Shown here in pieces: positions 9,068 to 15,902 of a stretch of 20,000 nucleotides of DNA. The stretch's first letter is position 1. The number at the start of each line of letters is the position of its first letter. The stretch comes from an uncultured virus (IMG/VR IMGVR_UViG_3300047320_000362). Taxonomy: Duplodnaviria > Heunggongvirae > Uroviricota > Caudoviricetes. The translations under genes and the position numbers were made by a program. The stretch is taken from the IMG/VR virus record IMGVR_UViG_3300047320_000362, one strand, 5' to 3'. The notes beneath the pieces were generated by a model. It ran no database searches and had not been told where the DNA came from. It saw only the letters and a list, made by a program, of their open reading frames with translations.

Positions 9068-9553
9068 TTGTCCAAGACCATCGACATGAAGGCCCTGGTG
9101 GCCCATCTGACCGACACCGACCTTTCGACCTGGGAGGTCTACATGGGCCGCAAGGAAGGCATCGGAACCGAGGAGACATTCATCGAGATCGGTGACTTCG
9201 GCCCGTGGGACGAGGACGTTGCTGACATGATCCGCGAAGGCTACACCTCCGGCCAGCGCTGGCAGCTCACGACCGACATTGATCTTGACGAGGAAGATGC
9301 GGCCGCCCACGAAATCGCCCGCCTCGTCGACGAGGGCTACACCTCCGGCATCGAGCCTTCCTGGAGCATCGAGATCAACAAGATCCATCCGCGTGAAGTC
9401 TATGTCTGCGTCGATGAGGGCGAAGTCACCGTCACGATCAGCGGAACCGAAGAGCACGAAGCCGTCGACTTCGATTCAACGATCGAGGAGCTGGAAACCA
9501 ATCACTATACGGCGGGCCTCGTGAAGAGCGCGGATCAGCCGCCGAAGGTGTGA
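9068..9553 (+). CDS. Very acidic hypothetical protein with a duplicated EGYTSG motif
   Basis: AGGAG before TTG 9068. GGCTACACCTCCGGC occurs at 9239-9253 and 9335-9349 (96 nt, 32 aa apart). Confidence 0.75.
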   Translation: MSKTIDMKALVAHLTDTDLSTWEVYMGRKEGIGTEETFIEIGDFGPWDEDVADMIREGYTSGQRWQLTTDIDLDEEDAAAHEIARLVDEGYTSGIEPSWSIEINKIHPREVYVCVDEGEVTVTISGTEEHEAVDFDSTIEELETNHYTAGLVKSADQPPKV

Positions 9554-9614
9554 CGCTGGCACGGCGTTCAGCCCTTTCGACCTAGACGTGGCCACCTCCA
9601 TTTCGGCCGAGCGG

Positions 9615-9668
9615 ACCATGGATTCCAGTGATTGGCAACAAATGTTGACATTAGCTTGAATCCATGGT
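9615..9668. promoter_or_regulatory. 11-bp inverted repeat bracketing a TTGACA box
   Basis: ACCATGGATTC (9615-9625) and GAATCCATGGT (9658-9668); TTGACA at 9645-9650; AT-rich intergenic segment upstream of the 9720 gene. Confidence 0.5.
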
Positions 9669-9719
9669 TTTTGGCGCTTCGACCGTGAATCTTATTGCGC
9701 GCGCCTAGGAGGCGATGAA

Positions 9720-10220
9720 ATGGGTTGGAAGAACGTCAAGGATCACTATGGCATCACTGACGTCGTGCATGTGCGTGACGGCCATATCCGTATCGGCGCG
9801 CTTGGAGATTTCAACATCATCGTGATCGATCCAGAGGGCAAAATCATCTCGGCACGGAAGACCGACAATGCGGATATCTCCCGCCATCTTGCCGAGATGC
9901 GTGCCGACCGCAAGAAGCTTCGCGCCCTTGTCGCCGCGCCAGATACATTCCGCGAAACCTTCCAGGTCTATACCTGTTCGGGTAGCCAGATCGTTGAAGC
10001 TCGCTGCGAGCGCTATGGATTCCCGCACACGACGACCGATGGCGAACTCATGCACACGCACTTCTATCCTGAGCGCGAACAGGCGCTGGAATACGGGCGT
10101 TCGGTTGCGCGTGAGCGTGTCGAGTTCATGCGGCAGCAGGTCGAGGGTGCCGAGGCGGTTGTCCGCCACTGCAAGGAGGAGCTGGCGATCCGTGAGGCAA
10201 CGCTGACCGCCCTCGTGTGA
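9720..10220 (+). CDS. Hypothetical protein (166 aa), phage/plasmid type, with a C-terminal coiled-coil-like helix
   Basis: AGGAGG upstream; gene-like codon usage. Confidence 0.8.
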   Translation: MGWKNVKDHYGITDVVHVRDGHIRIGALGDFNIIVIDPEGKIISARKTDNADISRHLAEMRADRKKLRALVAAPDTFRETFQVYTCSGSQIVEARCERYGFPHTTTDGELMHTHFYPEREQALEYGRSVARERVEFMRQQVEGAEAVVRHCKEELAIREATLTALV

Positions 10221-10238
10221 CAGACGTAGCCGCACAGG

Positions 10239-10832
10239 TTACGCCTGAGGCTGCGAGCCGCCTGCCCATGTGCGGCTTCCGGGAGCGAGCACGTAGACCG
10301 ATCCCATCCGCTCGATTGTCTTCTTCCGACTGCTTTCGAAGGCACTGAATACTGCACATACCGCGAAGAAGAACGCTATCATGGCGACGCCCGCGATTGC
10401 GGCAAAGAGTGAGAACAAGGCCGCACCTGCAAGCAGGGCAATCACGAACCCAATCATGATGCTGGCGCCGAGGTTGGAGATCGTCGCGGCTTCTTCTTCA
10501 ATCGGAGCTGACTTGTCCACGACGCGCCAGGCGACGGGGCCTGTCAGCCTGGAGCCGCCCTCGAGGTCGAGCACCTGCGTCTTCAGCTCGGAGACGAAGC
10601 CGCCGCGGCCTTGATGTCCGCCGAAATCGACGACTTCCACACGCTCCGCGCCCTCGAACGTCTTGGTCTGGCCGGGAGCAAGGAGGTCGAACCCCGCGAT
10701 GTCGGACACCTTGACGGTCTTGGCGTCGAACAGGCTGGTAATGCCCTGGATGAGGCCAGGAGCCTTGTTGAGATCGAAGATCGCGTGACCGTGGTGGCCG
10801 ATGGTGTAGCGGGGGTAGGGAGTGTTACGCAT
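10239..10832 (-). CDS. Hypothetical membrane protein (197 aa) with two C-terminal TM helices
   Basis: AAAGGAG upstream; long hydrophobic stretch IMIGFVIALL...AVFSAF. Confidence 0.75.
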   Translation of the reverse strand: MRNTPYPRYTIGHHGHAIFDLNKAPGLIQGITSLFDAKTVKVSDIAGFDLLAPGQTKTFEGAERVEVVDFGGHQGRGGFVSELKTQVLDLEGGSRLTGPVAWRVVDKSAPIEEEAATISNLGASIMIGFVIALLAGAALFSLFAAIAGVAMIAFFFAVCAVFSAFESSRKKTIERMGSVYVLAPGSRTWAGGSQPQA

Positions 10833-10960
10833 GGGCTGCTCCTTTGGATCGAGGATTTAGTGTTGAATCCATGATCTCAAATGGAAATTCCGATGACAAT
10901 CCAATAACGTGGCGATCTCAAATATTCGACACCTGAAGGAAACGGGATGCCAGGCGGGCG

Positions 10961-11197
10961 CTATCGAGCGAGGGGCTTCGACGCCTCGTCATCCTGTTTG
11001 CCACTCGTCGGCTCGCCGATTCCGAGAACCTCCCACAGGAAGTCGTTCGGCGAGGCCTCGCTCCGCTGGAACTTCGTGAACATGTCCTTGGATTCCTGGG
11101 TCAGCAGCTCCGGAAGCTCGTCGCGATCGGCCTTGCGCGCGAGATCTGAACGACCCACGCCAACCAGCCAGCCCTTTACATATTCGCGCATGTGCAT
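10961..11197 (-). CDS. Small hypothetical protein (~78 aa) just downstream of CRISPR array 1
   Basis: GAGGGA upstream of ATG 11197; plausible helical protein. Confidence 0.55.
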   Translation of the reverse strand: MHMREYVKGWLVGVGRSDLARKADRDELPELLTQESKDMFTKFQRSEASPNDFLWEVLGIGEPTSGKQDDEASKPLAR

Positions 11198-11264
11198 TTT
11201 CGGATCCCTCAGCACGGTTTTGTCGGGCCACGATATCGCTGCATTGTTGACAACGCAACATCGT

Positions 11265-11485
11265 TCTCCAGAAGATAAGAAAACGCGGTCAAACCGCGAC
11301 TTAGTCGGTCACTAATGACTTGTTCTCGCAGCATAGCAGATAAGAAAACGCGGTCAAACCGCAGCAGGCGCCGCGAATGGTCTTTTCCTTGATGTCACGT
11401 AAGCAGATAAGAAAACGCGCTCATACCGCAACCAAGACCGTGGAGATGTTCATTGCCCTGATAGCATAGCAGGCAAGAAAACGCG
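11265..11485 (-). CRISPR. Type II-C mini-array 1: 3 full repeats, 1 partial repeat, 3 spacers
   Basis: Consensus (+) AGCATAGCAGATAAGAAAACGCGGTCAAACCGCAAC, 36 nt. Repeats: 11265-11300 (29/36), 11330-11365 (35/36), 11397-11432 (30/36), partial 11463-11485 (21/23). Spacers are 29, 31 and 30 nt. The minus strand reads GTTGCGGTTTGACC...TGCTATGCT, the usual II-C orientation. Confidence 0.95.
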
Positions 11486-11494
11486 CATCGCCGA

Positions 11495-11585
11495 AACGAG
11501 AAAGCCGCCTCCGGAGAGACGGCCTTATTTGGTGCTGATCTAGGCTTGTTAACGGCCCGACCGCGTTTTCTTATCTGCTATGCCT
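11495..11585 (-). ncRNA. tracrRNA
   Basis: Perfect 25-nt anti-repeat at 11559-11583, extended by GGGCCGTTAAC which can pair with the repeat 5' end GTTGCGGTTT. This is followed by AAGCCTAGATCAGCACCAAATAAG and a terminal hairpin GCCGTCTC-TCCG-GAGGCGGC plus TTTCTCGTTT. Confidence 0.9.
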
Positions 11586-11589
11586 CCAA

Positions 11590-11695
11590 CGATCTGTCGC
11601 GTTTACCTCGCCGTCAAGGACTCAATTCAAGGATTCGAATCTTTCTAAGGATTCGTGACGGAGGGTTGACCGGCCTCCCCATATAGGCAAGCATT
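11590..11695. promoter_or_regulatory. Putative divergent promoters for tracrRNA (-) and cas9 (+)
   Basis: Minus-strand CTTGAC at 11618-11613 lies about 35 nt upstream of the anti-repeat start. On the plus strand, TTGACC at 11666-11671 is followed by 17 nt and AAGCAT. Confidence 0.45.
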
Positions 11696-11720
11696 TGCCG
11701 CCTCGCGAATCCTTGGAGCA

Positions 11721-14700
11721 TTGCATTTGACTCAGAGCACCCTCTTCTCTTTTGATCTCGGTTCCAACTCCATCGGCTGGGCAGTCCTCGGCCTCGATGC
11801 CAAGGGCGTTCCAGTCCGAATTGTCGATGCGGGAACCAGAATCTTCTCAGATGGCAGGGATGCTAAGTCAAAGGCGCCGAACTCCGTCGCCCGGCGGGAG
11901 GCTCGGCAGCAAGCGCGCATGCGTGATCGCTATCTCTGGCGCCGCAAGGCAACCCTGCGGACGCTTGTTGAATTCGGGCTACTCCCGGCAGACCGCGGTC
12001 TCCAGGATATCCTCCTCGCAGAAACCAGCGACAAGTCACCCCGGTCAGGGCAACAGGCAAGCGACCCTTACTCTCTCCGCGCGCGAGCTCTCGATGAACC
12101 GCTTCCGCCGGCATACATCGGGCGATGCCTGTTTCAGCTCAGCCAGCGCCGCGGGTTCAAATCGAACAGGAAGGCTGACAAGGCCAGTGACGAGACAGGT
12201 GTTATCGCCAAGGGCATTTCGAGCCTGCGTGCGGTAATTGCATCTGACCGGGCGCGCACCTACGGCGAATGGCTTGCCAATAGGCGGAAGAACGGCCTAC
12301 CCGTTCGGCTGCGCTCCGGCTCTGACACTGTCGCGGACGGATACGCCTACTATCCGGAGCGTTCGCTTCTCGAGGACGAATTCCGGCAGATCTGGAACGC
12401 GCAGGCCAAGCATCACCCCACCTTGCTGACGGACGAGCGGCGCGAAGCCCTGTTCACAGTCATCTTTCATCAGCGCCCGCTCAAGAAACAGAAGGTCGGC
12501 CGCTGCTCCTTCCAGCCGCTGGAGGAACGAGTGCGCAAGGCGCATCCATTGTTCCAGTCCTTCCGCCTCTACAAGGAAGTCAACGAACTCGAGCTTATAT
12601 ATCCCGACGGAAGCCAGCATCCGCTGGATATCCGCCAGAGGGATTTGATCGTCAGCCTGCTCCTGAAGAAGAAGGAGGTCGGCTTCAAGGCTATCTACAA
12701 GCAGCTCAAGTTAGAAGCCGAAGTCCGCTTCAACAAGGATCACGACACCCGGGACAAGATGCTAGGCGACGAGGTCGCGTCCATCCTCGGTGACAAGTCC
12801 CGTTTCGGCGACCGCTGGTCGGCTCTCGACCTCGAACAACAGTGGCAGGTCGTCTCTCGTATTATCGATGAGGATGATCCCGAAGTCCTGCGGTCGTGGC
12901 TCTCACGGGAGCATGGTCTTGATGCTGCCACGGCGGAGAAAGTCCTCTCCGCGCATCTTCCCGACGGGCACGGACGTCTCGGACACACCTACCTCTCCTC
13001 TGTTCTGGATGAACTGAAGCGAGAGGTGATCCCGGAATACGATGCGGCACGCCGATGCGGCTTCGACCCAGCGCGACTGAACACGTACCGCGAGCGTGGT
13101 GAGGACTATCTGCCGAAGTACCAGGAGATCCTTGGACGGCACATCATTCCGGGCAGTGGCGATCTCGATGACGCCTATGACCTCCGGATGGGCAGGATCT
13201 CCAATCCTACCGTGCACATTGGCCTCAATCAGCTCCAGCGCGTGGTAAACAGGCTGATCCGCCGTCATGGCAAGCCAGGCAAGATCGCTGTCGAGTTGGC
13301 GCGCGATCTGAAGATGTCCGAGAAGCAGAAGGCAGACCTCGGGCGCCGCCAGTTGACCAACCAGAAGGACAACGCTCGCCACGCCGACTTCCTGACGAGC
13401 CATGGCCAGCAGGTCAACGGCAACAATCTGACACTTGTCAAGCTGTGGCAGGAACTGCCCACTGACGATGCCGGCAATCGCATCTGCGTCTATAGCGGTC
13501 GACCGATCAGCGAACGCATGCTCTTCGATGGCTCCGTCGACATCGATCACATCCTGCCATGGTCGATGACCTTCGATGACAGCATGGCGAACAAGCTCCT
13601 CTGCATTACGGCGCCGAACCGGGTAAAGACAAACCGCATCCCTGCCGATGTCCATCAGTGGCACGACACCTATCCAGAAATCCTTTCTCGCGCGGCGAGG
13701 CTACCATTCAACAAGCGCTGGCGCTTCGCCGCGGATGCCATGGAGCGCCACGCCGAGGCGGACGGCTTTCTGGCAAGGCAGCTCGTGGACACGCAGTACC
13801 TTTCACGAATGGCGACAGAATATCTCGACTGCCTATTCCCGACCGAGGCAGAAGACAAGCACGGTGTTCTGCGGAAAGTCCAAAATGTCCGGGTGTCACC
13901 AGGGAGGCTGACGGAGCTGCTCCGTCGCTCGTGGAAGCTCAACGGCCTCCTGAACCGAGGTGACGACGATACCTTCGAGGAAAAGAACCGCTACGATCAC
14001 CGCCATCACGCGATCGACGCCATCGTCATCGGTGTCACTTCACCCGACATGGTCCGGCGCATCTCGTCAGCGGCCGCGCGCCTTGAAGCCGATGCCCTCA
14101 AAGGCTTTATTCGAAATGCGGTGGCGGAGAACCTGCCGTGGCAGACCTTCATCGAGGATGTCGCGTCAGCGATCGGCCAGATCATCGTGAGTCACAAGTC
14201 CGACCATGGAACCATTGCGGGCGGACGAGGGACCATTGGCGGCCTTCACAACGACACCGCCTATGGCATCAGGGAGCAGGGCGACGGATCCACGCTGGCG
14301 GTCAAGCGCACGCCGTTAACATCCATCAGCGACAAGAACGTCGACAGCATCCTCGACCCGGTACTCCGGGAGAAGTTGGCAGAGGCCATCCATGGAAGCC
14401 CGAATGCCAAGGAAGTCCTGGCGGCACTGCAGGCATTCCGCAAGAACGACCCCACCTATCATGGCATCCGTCGCGTGCGAACAGGCGAAAAGCTCAAGCT
14501 CATCCCCATCAGAGATCGCAACGGCACCGTTTATAAAGGTTACAAGGGCGACTCCAACTACTGCTTCGACGTGTGGGAGACACTCGACGGAAAATGGCAT
14601 TCGGAGGTCGTATCCATGTTCGACTTCCACCAGCCTGGATGGTCATCCGAGTTCCGCAAGAAGAACCCGACAGCGCGCCGCGTCATGCGGCTGCACCAGG

Positions 14701-14987
14701 GTGACACTGTCGCCTACTGGGAGGAAAATTCCGGCCGAAAGTTCGGAAAGGTCGTGAAGTTTGGTTCTAATGGCCGCATCACTTTCGCCGACCCCAAGGA
14801 GGGCGGCAGCCTCAAGGCGCGCGACAGCGCGGCGTCGGACCCGTTCAAGTATGCATCGAAGGCCGCGGAAGGATTGAAAAGCATCTTCTTCCGCCAGGTG
14901 CGCATCGACGAAGCCGGCAAGATCTCTGATCCGGGGCCGCAGGATCGCGCATCGAAGGCGAAGAGAAAAATGGCTAAGGCGGCCTGA
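11721..14987 (+). CDS. cas9: Type II-C CRISPR-associated endonuclease Cas9 (~1088 aa)
   Basis: RuvC-I FDLGSNSIGWAV, Arg-rich bridge helix RREARQQARMRDR, RRGFKSNRK, NPTVH, RuvC-II VELARD, HNH DIDHILP...NK...N.VK.N and RuvC-III HRHHAIDA. TTG start; 11727 fits the GGAG spacing better. Confidence 0.98.
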   Translation: MHLTQSTLFSFDLGSNSIGWAVLGLDAKGVPVRIVDAGTRIFSDGRDAKSKAPNSVARREARQQARMRDRYLWRRKATLRTLVEFGLLPADRGLQDILLAETSDKSPRSGQQASDPYSLRARALDEPLPPAYIGRCLFQLSQRRGFKSNRKADKASDETGVIAKGISSLRAVIASDRARTYGEWLANRRKNGLPVRLRSGSDTVADGYAYYPERSLLEDEFRQIWNAQAKHHPTLLTDERREALFTVIFHQRPLKKQKVGRCSFQPLEERVRKAHPLFQSFRLYKEVNELELIYPDGSQHPLDIRQRDLIVSLLLKKKEVGFKAIYKQLKLEAEVRFNKDHDTRDKMLGDEVASILGDKSRFGDRWSALDLEQQWQVVSRIIDEDDPEVLRSWLSREHGLDAATAEKVLSAHLPDGHGRLGHTYLSSVLDELKREVIPEYDAARRCGFDPARLNTYRERGEDYLPKYQEILGRHIIPGSGDLDDAYDLRMGRISNPTVHIGLNQLQRVVNRLIRRHGKPGKIAVELARDLKMSEKQKADLGRRQLTNQKDNARHADFLTSHGQQVNGNNLTLVKLWQELPTDDAGNRICVYSGRPISERMLFDGSVDIDHILPWSMTFDDSMANKLLCITAPNRVKTNRIPADVHQWHDTYPEILSRAARLPFNKRWRFAADAMERHAEADGFLARQLVDTQYLSRMATEYLDCLFPTEAEDKHGVLRKVQNVRVSPGRLTELLRRSWKLNGLLNRGDDDTFEEKNRYDHRHHAIDAIVIGVTSPDMVRRISSAAARLEADALKGFIRNAVAENLPWQTFIEDVASAIGQIIVSHKSDHGTIAGGRGTIGGLHNDTAYGIREQGDGSTLAVKRTPLTSISDKNVDSILDPVLREKLAEAIHGSPNAKEVLAALQAFRKNDPTYHGIRRVRTGEKLKLIPIRDRNGTVYKGYKGDSNYCFDVWETLDGKWHSEVVSMFDFHQPGWSSEFRKKNPTARRVMRLHQGDTVAYWEENSGRKFGKVVKFGSNGRITFADPKEGGSLKARDSAASDPFKYASKAAEGLKSIFFRQVRIDEAGKISDPGPQDRASKAKRKMAKAA

Positions 14988-14994
14988 CTGTGGA

Positions 14995-15044
14995 AAAGCG
15001 CAGGGATTTTCGATGCTTTCTCAAGCACAAAATCCCTGCGCTTT
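14995..15044. terminator. Long hairpin, probable bidirectional terminator between cas9 and array 2
   Basis: AAAGCGCAGGGATTTT (14995-15010) and AAAATCCCTGCGCTTT (15029-15044) form a perfect 16-bp inverted repeat, with an inner TGCTT/AAGCA stem. Confidence 0.75.
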
Positions 15045-15065
15045 CAATGGTTTATTTGGACATCC

Positions 15066-15297
15066 AGGACAGCAGACAAGAAAACGCGGTCAAACCGCAA
15101 CCGATAGAATTCGGCGGCCTCTTTGCCGTCCAATGTAGCAGATAAGAAAACGCGGTCAAACCGCAACGTGACGCTGTAGTGTGTCTGCCCTATGGGAGGA
15201 TATCGGATAAGAAAACGCAGCCAGACGGCAACACGACCCGCTGATTGAGAGTTACCGAAATATGGTTGCAGATTTGGAAGGTAGGTCAAGTCTGATT
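15066..15297 (-). CRISPR. Type II-C mini-array 2: 3 repeats, 1 vestigial repeat, 2-3 spacers
   Basis: Same repeat family: 15066-15101 (33/36), 15132-15167 (33/36), 15197-15232 (29/36), and a relic at 15262-15297 (19/36, in register). Spacers are 30, 29 and 29 nt. Confidence 0.92.
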
Positions 15298-15311
15298 CAG
15301 CCGCCCCAGCC

Positions 15312-15728
15312 TCATCTCCCCCAGACCGAAGGCTTCTCCTTCTCCATCAGCTCGCAGGACTCGACAACGATGCTGTCGAGATCGAGAAGGATCGAGTGCA
15401 GCACGCCACGCATCTCGTGGATGTCAATGACAGTGTAGCCCTCTGCCAGCAGCTCCTTGGCTAACACTCGGTAGAATTCAGCGGCCTCTTCGCGGTCCAT
15501 CTCGCGCGTCTCATCGTGCAGGCCTTTCAGTTCGCGATACTCCATCGGATATGCGACGACTTCCGGAACCGAGAGCGTCATCAGAACCTCTCCGAACATC
15601 TCGCATTCTGCCCGCTCGTTGCCAACCCAGACACCGAGATTTCCGTTCGTCGCGCCCTTCGATGCCAGCATTGCCGGGTCGAAGCGGTCGAATACCGTAT
15701 CGGTCGCGTGATAGTAGAGCTTGGTCAT
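15312..15728 (-). CDS. Putative ADP-ribosyltransferase-fold protein (ART-PolyVal-like), 138 aa
   Basis: AGGAGG before ATG 15728. The N-terminal LYYHAT...FDRFD...G..GVWV......CEMFG resembles the YHGT..F..FD..G.G.YF.....A..YG pattern of ART-like domains in mobile elements. Confidence 0.6.
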   Translation of the reverse strand: MTKLYYHATDTVFDRFDPAMLASKGATNGNLGVWVGNERAECEMFGEVLMTLSVPEVVAYPMEYRELKGLHDETREMDREEAAEFYRVLAKELLAEGYTVIDIHEMRGVLHSILLDLDSIVVESCELMEKEKPSVWGR

Positions 15729-15902
15729 GAGTCCTCCTGACGACCAATCATGGCGCAGGTACTCGCATGCGGAAACAAAGGATTCGATGAACGCAATGTT
15801 GACACTCTGAGAATGCCGCTGATATAGCAGATTCATTCCTTCGCGGAATTGGCGTGTGACGGGGCTCGAATCCCACACCCAATTGCGAAGAAGGATACCA
15901 AC

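Noticed and set aside
9073..9099. Resemblance of spacer 11433-11462 (CAAGACCGTGGAGATG...GCCCTG) to CAAGACCATCGACATG...GCCCTG
   Set aside because: It needs a 3-nt gap and many mismatches; compatible with chance.
9550..9558. 9-nt match GTGACGCTG to the PAM-proximal end of spacer 15168-15196
   Set aside because: Too short to be meaningful in 20 kb and it does not extend.
10873..10923. Direct repeat GATCTCAAAT at 10873 and 10914
   Set aside because: Only two 10-nt copies, unrelated to the CRISPR repeat; could be an operator but unsupported.
11590..11720. Autoregulatory spacer targeting the cas9 promoter
   Set aside because: By-eye comparison found no PAM-proximal match longer than about 6 nt for any spacer.
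11721..14987. Possibility of a nuclease-dead Cas9, IscB, or transposon-associated Cas9
   Set aside because: Catalytic motifs are present, the length includes a full REC lobe, and no transposase or Tn7-like gene is recognisable in the window.
15044..15289. 81-aa minus-strand ORF with repeated LRFDRVFLSA
   Set aside because: It is the translation of CRISPR array 2.
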